64,000 nucleotides of DNA, from positions 13,585,387-13,649,386 of the forward strand of contig JAUZTB010000066.1 of NCBI GenBank assembly GCA_034780895.1, written 5' to 3'. The notes beneath the pieces were generated by a model that worked only from the letters and a program-made list of their open reading frames with translations, was not told the DNA's origin and did no database searches. Made by a program: the position numbers and the translations under genes. This DNA is from Rhynchobatus australiae (taxonomy: Eukaryota). Positions within the stretch are counted from its first letter, which is position 1; every line of letters starts with the position of its first letter. Positions 1 through 12,400 of this stretch are shown here, piece after piece.

Positions 1-854
1 GGCAACAAAAATTGATCTCCACTTACAGAATAAAGCATTTTTGAATTAAAAAAAACATTTAGCTTTTATTTGTGGACAAGTGTAATGGTGTTTTTGAATA
101 TTTTCCGCTCAATAGTTTGGACCACTGCTGATTTTCCTTGCAGAGTTACCATTGATCTCCAGCTGCACAAAGGCTATTTTGTACATTAAGACCATAAAAA
201 ACAGATGCTCAAGTTTTATAATGCGCCAGTTAATAGCTTCCATATTCTCCATTAAAACATAACACAATTTATTACCTACTTTCATTTAAATTTACAAAAC
301 CTGTGTCTCAATACAAGTTAAAAATGAAAGAAATGAAAAGCAGCAAAGGGTTAATATAGACACACAGGGTTTATCAGGGTGACCCAAGAAAATGGAATGC
401 TTGAATGGCAAATGGACTTGCTTGACAAATTATTGCCACTGAAAGCCCTTGTACTATTCAAGAAGGCAAGGATGTTAAAACTGTCAAAAGGGAAGCAGTA
501 GTTAGACTGGAAGCATTGGTGGCAACAGCTCAGTTACAGGGGCTCATCTTTTGGAATGCCCTACAAATGCGAACTGCACACCCATTTCAATCTGGTGTAT
601 TCTCTACCCATGTTTCATTGTGTAGCTTTTTTCAGCACAGTTGGAATCAACTCTCCCCTTCACGAGATTACTTTCTACCAGATTTACTTTTCAAACAGAA
701 ACTAAAGAAAAGTCTCACACACAGAATAAGCAAATGGATAATAAAAAAATAACTTCCATCTTTGGCTATGAAAGTTCTTCATAACATTTATGAAGCTGAT
801 TCTATATTCTATTATTTTCAGGTCATAAAAATAATGTAACATGCAGATTGACTT

Positions 855-1890
855 TTTTATTTATTCAGGATGTAGATACCAATTCTTGGCCATCTCTAAA
901 GCCCTGAAAAACATGGTGAGTCACCTTTTCTGACCACTGCATTCCCTGTGATATTAGTATTATGATTATAATAATGCATGACTCCATAATGGTCAGGATA
1001 GTCTGATGGTGGTGTGTTCCTCTGTGTCCGATACTATAATTACGGTACTCCTCTGAGCTCACTTCTGTAGACAGGCATCAGTGGTCAAAGAAGCCTTAGG
1101 AAGTTGCTGCAGTGCAGATGGTGCACAATGCAGTTATATAGAATGCTGGGAGGAAGGTGGGACTGAACGTGACAGACAAGTTTAATCAGGTTGTATGGTT
1201 CCAGATAGTTTCTAGCATCCTGAATGTTGAAGCTGCATTCATCTAGGCAAGTGAAATGCACTTTATCACACTTCTGACTTGTGCCATGTTGACAGTGGAA
1301 AGGCTTTGGGGAGTCAAAAGGCAAGTACTTTCTGTTTTTGTGCTACTCTCAGTCCTTTAAAGTGCATTCAAAATAGAGTACTGATTCAACAGACAGAGGT
1401 TGGCAATCAGCAGGAAATTTCCTTGCCATGTTTGATTTGATACCATTATATTTAATGGGGTCTGAAATAGATGCTGATGTCTCACTGGGCCATTCCCTCT
1501 TGACTGTGCACCACTGAGCCACCTCCTCTCATCTGTCCTCCTCATGGGTCAGGACATAGCCAGGGAGATTGAAGAATTATAGACTGAGATGTTGCTCGAA
1601 AGTCACTTTTACAGAATTGTACCTGCATCTGGCTGTTGCTTCAAGCAGCTTGTCCAATTTTGGTGACTGTGGGCAAGAGCAATGAAGTTTGTTTTCCTAT
1701 ACTGGGTGTGCATAGGACAGGTGGTTCACCTTGTTGTTTTTCTTCCTGTTTAACATGAATTGGTCATTTCAGGGGGCCAGTGAAGAGCCAGATATATTGC
1801 TGTGGTCTCAGGGACACACATTGGTTAGATAGAAAAGGAAAGCAGATTGCTTCCACTTAAAGACAGTAATGAGCCTTAAGCATAACCATT
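855..1890 (-). mobile_element. Old, internally deleted CR1/L2-clade LINE (same family as 46950-50230)
   Basis: Minus strand of 1200-1330 resembles the RT C-terminal stretch (LLTPQSLST.../LAWMNAAS); T-rich start at 855 is the reverse of the family 3' tail. Confidence 0.6.
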
Positions 1891-1924
1891 CTGCTCTCAT
1901 ACTAACCAGTTTACAGATATCTGC

Positions 1925-2155
1925 TGAGGTGAGAGGGCGTAGGTTCAGAAGAGATGAGGGGCAAGTTTTTTTTTACTGAGAGTGATGGGTGCCTGGAATG
2001 CGTTGCCTGATAGGGTGGTGGAGGAATTGGGTGCTTTTAAGCACATGAATGAGAGGAACTGGAGGGATATGGGCATTCTGTAGGAGGGAGGGATTAGCTA
2101 TGTTGGCACAACATTATGGGCCGAAGGGACTGTTCTGTGCTGTACCATTCTATTT
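1925..2155 (+). mobile_element. CR1 (HER1-type) LINE 3' end
   Basis: ttttttactgagagtgatgggtgcctggaatgcgttgcctg...gggccgaagggactgttctgtgctgtaccattctat, a typical CR1 ORF2 end and tail. Confidence 0.8.
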
Positions 2156-3361
2156 TCTCAAAATAGAGGGATATGTAGTTGTAGGTGCGTCTATTCAGTC
2201 TCAGTCTATTTTCCCATTCTTTTAGATTTCAACAGATCTGTACCTCAATGTTATTACTCACCTTCGTTCTATCTTTTAGGAGCCTTGCTGAACAAAATTT
2301 GTCAAACTGTCTTGAAACAAATCAGTTGAACTCTCATTGGTAGCTTTTCCAGTTCTAAATTAACGCTTTTGGATTAAAAATGCTTCCCCATCCCCACCCG
2401 ATTTCACTCTCAAAAGGCTTACATCTACTTTAAAGATTGTACTTTCTTGCTCTGTCTTCCTTTCCCAAATTAGTTTGGCCTCTGTCTAAAACTGAATTAA
2501 GGCTGTTGGGTAATAATGAGTAATTCTGAAGACAAAACAATTTCATTGGTTTCTTTACCNNNNNNNNNNNNNNNNNNNNNNNNNNNNNNNNNNNNNNNNN
2601 NNNNNNNNNNNNNNNNNNNNNNNNNNNNNNNNNNNNNNNNNNNNNNNNNNNNNNNNNNNTCATTGGTTTCTTTACCATAAATTAGTCAGGTTATAAGAGA
2701 AATATGAATTTAAGAAATTGGCTTGAATTGGGAGAAACATCTTTTGGGAGCAGGAACACATCAATTCTTGTTTCCTTTTATATGTGGCCCTGCATACTAT
2801 ATGCAGAGGAGGGGTCAGGACAGCATTTTCAGCACCAGTGTTACTGGAAAACGCAGCAAGTATAAAAAGTTTCTCTGGGTTCTCTTACAAGTGACCAAGT
2901 TTGATTTCTTTATAACCTGTACCATTACTGGATTATTCTCTTTCAAAATTGCTATGGTAATGTTACAAATTATGTTCAGGCCAAGCAGACAAAATAGTGT
3001 ATCTGTGACAAATTACAGATTATATAAATTGTTGTGATACACTAGAGGACAAGTGGTGGATTTCCATAGGTCCTTTGGTTAGGAAGATAACGCAAGTCTA
3101 ACTGATCATTTCTTATCAACAAGATGGTAAATTATAACAGAGACTAAGTAAAAGCAGACCATGTTTCTGTGTATGTAATGAAACTTATTTGAAATGTAGT
3201 ATTATAAGTCATTAAAAATTTATTAAAAATATGATCTGAAATTTCTTTGATNNNNNNNNNNGAAAAGAGAAGCCAAGGTTATAGAAGGAACCAAATCCAT
3301 GCAAAAGGCATGGATACATGAGCCTAGGACACTTGCTGGAATCCTTTCTGCCCCTTCTTAC

Positions 3362-3472
3362 TTGAGCCCAACTGAGATGGTACTTAACCACGGATCTGCC
3401 GCAGTCCTGTGAACAGGAGTGCTGCGGAGAGAAGGGGAAGGGTACAGAGGTCACGGAGACACCCCTGCGAAT
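3362..3472 (-). CDS. GIT1: GIT1 exon: IRRGVSVTSVPFPFSPQHSCSQDCGRSV[VKYHLSWAQ]; ends at 3389 or 3362
   Basis: Lies within ORF 3212..3511; ttacag| acceptor; matches GIT1 IRKGVSASAVPF...SCSQEG; two in-frame donor candidates. Confidence 0.88.
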
Positions 3473-6400
3473 CTGTAACATGGAAGGTACAGTGTAAACA
3501 ATGGCATGCACATAGACATTAATGAAATTTCAAAAATAAACCATGCATATAACTTGCTACAGACAACTTGCAGTTTGTAGAAAACTATCGGTTAAACAGT
3601 TTCATGCTGACAGTGTCAAACAAAGTTATCTCATGTAAGACCTACTGGCAGAATGTGAATTCTGTTAATGCACATGCATATTGAATTAATAGAACAAAAT
3701 AGCACAAATGAAGCAACATTAACACAAAGCCTTAAAATGAATCCCTTGTTGAAGTAATCTCAAAAACAGTATTCACATAATTGTGTACGATATGATTTAA
3801 TTGTTCTCGTCTCAATTTTCTTGGAGGCTTTACTGCATCACCAGCAAAAGAGAAATCAAAGAGTTTCCCAACAAATGTTTCATCTGCACAAAAGTGTTAG
3901 TACATGTAGAGAACCTTGAGCGCATAGTTTACATTTGTAGTTCGAGGATTCGAACATTTTCTAAAGATAAAGCAATTTGATTCTTTTCCTGCCACCCACC
4001 TCATCACCCACTACAAATATTTGTGTGCTTACAGTATCCAGCTGCTTTAGTGCAAATTTTTGTTCTCTCTTCTCACTGACTGGACCAGAACTGCCAATGA
4101 CCAACTCTCACATCTACTCCTTTGGACTCCATTAGATTTCATTCCAGTTTCCAAATGGAATAGAAACAATATAGATTTCCATGTTAAGCCCACAATAAGG
4201 CTTTATAGCAACTGGATTTTGCCCACTTCCCAACTTTAGCGCATTTATTCTTCTCCTAGCTGGTCCAGGAAAAAGGGAGAGTTAATTCAAGGATTAGTTG
4301 GAACCTATAATTACATTCATCTCTATCTCAAATGGGCCAACCCAGCATTAGGCAATCTTAAATTTGATAAAGTAGCTAAACTTACTTAACTGAAAAATAA
4401 TTTAATTTTATCTGTTAATCTATCATTTAGCCAAGTTGAGACATTTAAATATATAGTTAAGTTGATTTAGAGGGGAAGGGAGTTGCTGCCTTCCTGTTTT
4501 TACAAGATATTATCCATAAACTAAACAAATCTTAGCTTAGTTGGCAATGATTAAGCACTGGTAAGTTAGTAAAGGTCAATATGCTTTAAGTATGAAATTA
4601 AATCCATTTTGCAAGCATAAACTCACACTGCAGTCCAAAGGCTGAAGTCTTGTGACAATATCATCGGTAGTTTGTCCAAAAGATTTCTGCCCAGATCTGG
4701 TTTCATACATGGAAACAGCTTGCCGATCACGTCTATTTGTGCTTGTATGGGGGGCAAGCTCCTGGCGGTCACTGGCAGCTGATGATGGATGCAGACTAGG
4801 AGTTTGTTGCTTCATTTGTGCATTCTCTGTCTGCAGTTTGTTAATCTGACATGTAATGAAAGAGATCCACAACATCTTAAAAATAGTAATTTAATATCTA
4901 TTCAGGCCCCACCTTCATTCAGTTATTGCATAATTTAAACATTTCTTTTGTTAAAAATTTGACAGTGATGTGTAATATATTAAAGTGCAGAGGAATAAGA
5001 TTCAGTTGCCATGACTACACTATGTTATATTCTCACAGTTAGAAATCAGTGTTTATTAAATATTAGTATGGTTGTGTACAAAAATGTATTTCATAACCAT
5101 TTATATTTTTCCAGTTCAATAGACAAGCAGGCTAGGGTTGCCCAAAACCACACGAAGCACTGGGTAAAGCAGAAATGTCAAAAGGTGCCAGTGCAAACTC
5201 ATGGGAGTTTGGACACATTTATATCCTTAGTTTCTCTCAATGGCAATTTGATCAGGATAGCCAATCACTGTAGACAAACAATTAAATAAAATTGGTCATT
5301 GTTGCCAACTTTAATATTTGCTGATTCCAGAGTAATTTTGAGAGATGACATCAAGGAAAACCTACGTTAATACACAGATGTTGACCATTAGTCCACATCT
5401 CTTTAGTTATAAACTTAACATTAAGTCCCCAACTCTTGTGCACTGCATTTTACATCTTCCTCTTTTCCCCCATTTAGGTACCCTTTTAGAAAGGATTTTT
5501 ATTCTGTTCTATCATGGTTATTTTGGGTGTATAAACTAAAAATAAAATTGCAACTCTATGTGGACAGGAAAGGAATAAATTCTTAGAACTGAAATCTGAG
5601 AGAGATTTAATATTCAAATCTATTTATAACGGGTAGTTACAGGAGGAGTCATACTCTGGTTAAATGTTCATGGTGTCTGCTTATTTGCAAGTTACTCATT
5701 TTCTGCTGACTCTCCAACTATTGANNNNNNNNNNAAAAGACAGTAAACCTGTCCGCAGTGGTGGAAATCTGGATGCTGAATAAAACGGACGGCCTAATAG
5801 AAACAAATAAGTGCAAGGGCAAACTTAATCCCAGGTTACTAACACAAGCAGCATAAGATTTCCTGCCTTCTGTAATTCTTGACCGCAGAGATAGGACAGA
5901 TATTTTGTTGAACCTGGAGGTTATGTAACCTTCTTCAAAGTCAACGTTAATTGTGAGGAATGCTTCAAAAGTCCATGTACCACAGCAATCCACTTCTTCA
6001 ACAGAAGCTTTTGTCTAAATCATTCAGCTCAGATATTGCAGGAAAAAGTCGGCAAAAGTATTTAACTCCTTAGGATATATGTGCACACAGAAGCACAGAA
6101 ATCCCAAAGCTGCAATCAATTGGTAGATGCTGTTTTGCTAACTGTGCTGTTCTTTACACCCCTCTTGACAGAAGCTCCTCAATGCTTAGTGAGAAATCTG
6201 CTGATGAAGCATCATTTGTCAATGGAGAGGAATGGCTGTGAGGGACAGAGGCGAGTATTGTGAATTTGGATCTAGTTTTTTTTAATTACTTGAGTGTTTT
6301 TAAATTATTTTTTTTTAATTGTTTTAGGCTTTTAAGATTTTTAAAGATAAAGCATTTTTAGAAAGTTGAACAGTTTATGCATTTCTGAAACATTAACTTT

Positions 6401-9400
6401 CAGTCATTGATAGTTCTGGCCTTTGGAGGATGTGGCTTAACTGGCTATCAGGTTTTTTAAAAATCTTTTCATGGACCTGTTCTCTCTTTGGCCCCCCACA
6501 ACTAATATCATCCAAATAGATTTTTTGCTGCACAGGCACCATGCTGGCTTTCCTTACAAGTTGTCACTATCCTATTGCTAAAGGGCTCACTTTATTTTGG
6601 ACAAGGATTTCAAGTAAACGTAATTAGAACCACGAAGTTTGGCCCATTATATCATTACTATTAAAAGAAAAACAAAAAAGTTATTCCATAGTGCAGATGG
6701 ATACTGTACAAATATTTCAATAAATACTGCAACTAACATTTAAAATGACTAACAATGTTCTTGGCAAACATACATGTTTATAAACACAAGTCATATTTAA
6801 AATCATATTTCAAGGCAGTGACTAGAATTACAGTTTTATTTATATGGTAAATAAATTGATGGCCAAAATGCTGGCATTGGGTGATACATGCATCAAACTG
6901 CTTTACAATCTCAGTTTGCTTTTAAAAACTCTTCACAATGTAGTGAAAATAGTAAGGGGGATAGCATTATAATAAAAGGACACAGTATGGCACGTACTCA
7001 AAGATCCAGTTAGCTGGCAACTTAAGTTTAACATTGTGTTCCTTCTAATCATGGCTGTAAACTACCAACCTACCTATCAGAAAAAATACAGGGAACTGCC
7101 CATTAATGGATATTAATGGCTTATTATTGCTGTCAAGTTTTAGTGCCTTATAGAAAACACAGGGCACTTCAGTCTGTTAAGACCAAGTATACCACCTGGC
7201 ATTTGTGCAGCTGTGCTTGTTCTTTATAGGAAACAGGAGATGGTAATAGGTTCTTGCAATTAGATTCTTGCTGATACGAGGGGGAGGATTTTAACACTTT
7301 TCAATCATAATTAAATAATTGTACCAAAAGCTATTAAACACAGAAGCTACAACATAAATAGATTCACATGTTGATATGTGCCCCAAAACTAGTGTATTAT
7401 GTAAAACTGAATTATAAAATGAAAACTTCAAGCAACTTCATCCCGACACCAACTTTCTCAAATCAGAAGCGGGGAAAATATTTCACACGCCCTTCACATT
7501 TGACCAAACCAATGCTGCCCCAAGGATTAACCACTTCTGTAAATTTAGTTTCCAGAATTTCCTTCTCAATGCAAGTCAATTACAGGCCACACCCAGATTT
7601 TAGTTTCAAGCTGGAAGGCCAATTACAAACCAAGACATGCTGTGAATGGGTTGGAAAATTGGCAGCAAGGCAAAAGAAATCAACTACAACAGTACAGAGC
7701 CAATATTCCTGTGACTAATAGGCTACAGCAATGCTGTTATTTTTTTTACATTTAATGACAAAGCATAAGTGCCAACATTTTTCTCCACCATTAACTTTAC
7801 CTGTGGCAGAGCTCTAAACTTTGTGTACCTGTTTTGCAAAAGGCCTNNNNNNNNNNNNNNAATGGATTTAATTAAGTAGCTAGGGTTTTCCTACCAATAC
7901 TCTAACATAACGGAGGACCTTAAGCTATCAAACCATTAATTTTCTTGCTTCTTAGTGAAAAGCAATAATTAAAAAAAAACAATTTTGCAAACTGGCATCA
8001 CAGCACAGACTATAATTGTTTATGATACAGAATGTTCATAACGACGAGGAAGGCTGACAAAGCTGGAAAAGGCCAAACTTTGTTGGCTATATAATATCTG
8101 CTTCAGCTTCACATTAAGCACTGCACGTCAAGATCAAACACTGCAAAAGCTGTAAACCAAAATGGACCAAATACTGTCAAAGGGAAGATTTCCTAAGGTC
8201 TAACAGCATGCAGCGGCTATAAATTTAAAAGGCTCACCTGCAATTAGCTGACATGACCAGATGGCAGAATAAAACCCTAAACAGATGGTATTAACCCGTA
8301 CCGGGACAGGGCGCGCGCTATTAGGGAAGGATTGATGGGGGGGGGGGGGGCTGGGAGTAAAGAAAGGAATAATCTAGTGAATATTTAGGTAGATTATAGG
8401 AATCAAAGATACAATAATAATTACAGATGCCTGCAGTATCAAGCATCATTTGTTCATGCTCAAAGTGCTTGCTGCAGTTTTCATTCTCATCAACTCAAGG
8501 ATGGCAGGAGCTGCGCTTTCTATTTACAAATCCAGCTCATTGGAACACTAACTTGACCAATTATGAACCCAGTAGCATTAAGGCGCAAATGTGTTGCCCA
8601 AGGTGGGCACCAAAACCAGAATGATAGGTCATGTGACCCAGGCAAAGTGAGCATAAGATACAGATACTGCAGCCTGGTCTGGAGGTGGAGATGTAATGGC
8701 CTTGTTTACTGAAACAATCAGCTTTGTGTGGCTTTGATGCAAAACAAGGGAGGGCAATGTAATTGTAGTAATCAGCCAGGTGAGTAGTTGGATAGAATAA
8801 AGCCAAATCAAATTTAATGTGGGCAAGCTGCAAATATAAGATGGAGAACTAACACACATACACATACTTGATAAAGGATATTGAAATAGACCTTCTGTTT
8901 CAGATCTGTCATATATGCTTTGATGCCATATATCTAATTGATGAGGACCAGAAATCAACTAAACTATCAAACAACTGACACACAGTTCTAAATCAAATAG
9001 ATGAACCTGACATATACCCGAAATATTTATTTTTGACATCATTCTTTTTATCCAGATTGCAAATGATCTCATGAACTCTCCAAAAATAACAACTTGCCTT
9101 TCAATACGTCCAGAAACAATGAAATCAAACATGTTCTTGAGAGAGCAAATTTAACAGTTTTATTGGCCATTTTTAAATTTTCTGATATATTTACTCTCAA
9201 AATAATAAAAATGCAACCTTTCTGTTAATTTCCACTCACCTGCATCTGAAGTCTGCGCAGTTCTTCACTTAGGTTATTATTTACTTTCATTAGTTGTTGA
9301 ACCTTGGCCTCGGATGCAGCCAAAGCTTTCTTCACCTCCAAATACTCTTGCAGTGTTATGGGACCATCTGACAAGTCAGATGAATCCATGCTCTAGAGAT

Positions 9401-12400
9401 TAAAAGGAAATTTTTTTTTGTATGGAAAAAAAATGAACAACCATTTTACCCAAGTAATGAACCAAGGCTGTAAAAGTACCAAATCCAATGCTATAGCTGC
9501 CATTTGCACCACATTAACAATGACTGAAAGAAAAACCACCTGTTCATAACACTTCTCCCACTTGTGCTTGTTTTTCTCTTCCTTCCTTTTCAGTCTTCCT
9601 TCTAGTCAATGGAAGCATGGTTCCCTCCATTTTCATCCATCAGTTTCATGAAGGATCTCTTTGTGTTTGATTAATCACACAGGAATAGCTGCATTTTATG
9701 GGTGCAAATTTTTGAACTAACAAATTAAGGGTGATGCAGGGTTGGGAAGTTGGTCCTTCCTGTAATGGAATTGGAAACATGTGGCCTAGAGTTAATGGCT
9801 TACAATTTGTTTGTTGACTAAATGCCACTATGAGTTGAACTGTAGAAAGAGGGCCAAATAGAATTGTGGGGGTAGGTGATTAAAGGCGGCTCATAAAAGA
9901 TGCTTTTATTTTATAGGGAATAAAGTACAGACAGTCTGAAAGTGTGACAATGATGGTCAACAGTAGATTGTTGAAGGTTTATTCTCCCCTCACATTTGGA
10001 TACAATTGCTGTGACAATTCCTCTTCCATATTAAACTCTTTGCTGAAAGTGGTGAATCTTTGGAATTCTCTACTCTGGGGGCTGTGGAGGTTCAGTAAAA
10101 GATATATTTTTAATCTTAAATGCTAAGGTAGAAGGTCAGCCATGATTTTGTTAGCACAACAGGCAAGAGGGGCAAATGGTGCAGTCTTACTCCTATTTTC
10201 TTTGCATCTTTTTGAGGTGTTGAAAGAATATGTTGATAATTCTCACAGCTTAAAATTTCAAGCACCCATCAAAACTTGATCTTGAGTTTTTTTTTCCTTG
10301 TGTTCAACAAAGGTCGATATCACTATTGACAAAGCTTGGTGCATTTACTTTGAGTTAAAATTACTTCTTCCAAATTTCATCCTCATGAGTTAGGAGGAAT
10401 CTTAATAGGTCAAAATGTAGTCTCAAGCTGAGAAATGCTAGGGTGAATGAATACAAAAGTAGGAAGGTTATGCTTGTGTCATATAGGACATTGGTGAGAG
10501 CACCTCTGGAATATTATTTTCCCTTCAGTCCTTTTGTTTAAAGAAGCATCTGAGACAGATCAGAGAAGATTTACTGGATTAATACCTGGAATGGGTTTGT
10601 CTTATGAAAGAAGGTTGGACAGGCTATGCTTGTACCATTGAAGCTTAAAAGAATGAGAGGGGTGTAAGTGGAACAGAAAAGAACCTGAAGGATCTTGACA
10701 GGGTGAATGTGGTAAGAATCCAGAACCAGGGATCACTTTTCTTTTTTGAAAAAAGTCAACCATTTAAGATAGAAATGAGACAAAATTTTCTCTTCCAAAG
10801 ACTTGTCACCCCAAGATTCACTTCCTTAAAGGGCAATGAAAGCAGAGCAACGAGGTGAAAAGTTAGACACAAGAGACTACAGATGCTGGAATCTGGAGCA
10901 ACACACCAAGGTGAAAAGTTATCCCAGGAAGACAGTATTGCAGGGTTAAGGTTGCAGTCAGATCAGTAATGATATCATTAAATGGCAGAGAAGGCTTCAG
11001 GGGATAGGAGGGCTACTCACGCTCCTAATTCTTACATATGTTAATAACAGTCAAAATTTTTAAAACTCTAATTCCCAATGATCAGGATTGATAATATAAT
11101 CTTCAAAGCATTAATATTATTTGGACAAGATCAAGAATTCCTTGATAAAATTACTTAATAAAATAGTTTTAAATAGCATCACCTGCTCATAGCTTATGCT
11201 TGTGACATAACCACCCCACCTCTCCGATCCCTCACAAACAGGATCTTCAATATTGGTTTATTATATAGTATTTACCTTGCATATACAAGTTTGGAAAATT
11301 GAAACTCTCCCTTTCACTTTTTTTTGCTGTTGAGCATGGATCAAAAATACTAACAGAACGAATAACAGCATATTAGAACTCTCAGAATCTCTATACAAAT
11401 TAGCATGCATTAGAGACAAGCTTTCTCTTTTAAGTCATTCAGAATCATAAAAGAATTGGGGACAATCTCAATTCAGTTCAGTGTCATTGACAACCTAGCA
11501 AGCATCTAAATAGCACAACAATAATCTAAAAGCTACTAATATCCTTTTATTCCGAATGAAAAAATATCTAAATAGTGTCTATGTGATAGTTAAAATGCAA
11601 TGAAATCATCTAGGCTCCTGATCATTTGCGGCAAGTGTTACCTAAAATGCACCACAACATTTAAAATGGTACATTTACAAAATTCTTGCAAACACAATTA
11701 TAGGGGCAGTGAAAGCTGTTTTGCTTCTGTTCCTTAATTGCCAACTTAGATCTTGGTTTCATAGATAAGAAAAATAACACCTTTTTAAAAAAAAATGCTT
11801 GGATAAGACCTAAACTACAGTCTTTTGTGACTAGCAAGCTTAATGGCATTTCTTGACTTGGAGCAGAAATATGTTGCAATATGTATGCACTCTATTTTGG
11901 GATCAAAAAACCTAAGTTCCTGTCATGGCACATTTATATTTCTGATCGACTCTATTCGCACTGGAGCACAGAGAAAAGATAGTGAACAGATTGTAGCAGT
12001 GCTGAAAGCAGCAGCCCTTCTGGCTGACAAGAAGGGTTGTAGGATGACAAATGGAATTGGGGTAAACATTTTATGGATAAACAAATTATGCTAATGGTTT
12101 TCATGTAAAATCAGGATAATTTTTTCCAAAGTATCTGGTTAATCAACAAAACTAATACTTGGAAATTTGAGGCAAGGTAAGAGAAAATAAAGCAAAACAT
12201 TTCCAATGCTGAAAATCATCAACCTGCTTACTTGCCTTCACCCACTACTCAAAGTGCAGCAATTTCAGGAGGAAGCAGCCAGCAGAACTTGATTGTGTTA
12301 CTGATGTTAAAATCTCTAAAATTTAAGCATTGACTATACTGTGATAGAAACAGTAAATCCAAATTTGACCTGAATGGGTCCATTGATGTTTTCCTTAGAT

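Noticed and set aside
2539-2678. Direct repeat tcattggtttctttacc on both sides of a 100-N gap (similarly ccagttc at 25126 and 25233)
   Set aside because: Typical overlapping contig ends around a placeholder gap; assembly artefact.
1-3200. Next GIT1 exon (SKLSRHGSGADSDYEN-like)
   Set aside because: Not found by eye; probably beyond the window start or in a gap, so not annotated.
3730-3900. ctaac...tgtgcag acceptor-like site followed by an open frame (ETFVGKLFDFSF...)
   Set aside because: The open frame is the wrong phase for this phase-0 intron, there is no good donor, and no similarity to GIT proteins.
4380-4400. ttttcag|TTAA|gtaagt 4-nt exon-like motif
   Set aside because: Frameshifting and unsupported; likely chance.
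8295-8356. CpG-rich patch and G14 run (also G runs near 45838 and 60080)
   Set aside because: Too short for a CpG island; homopolymer runs are unreliable in this gappy assembly.
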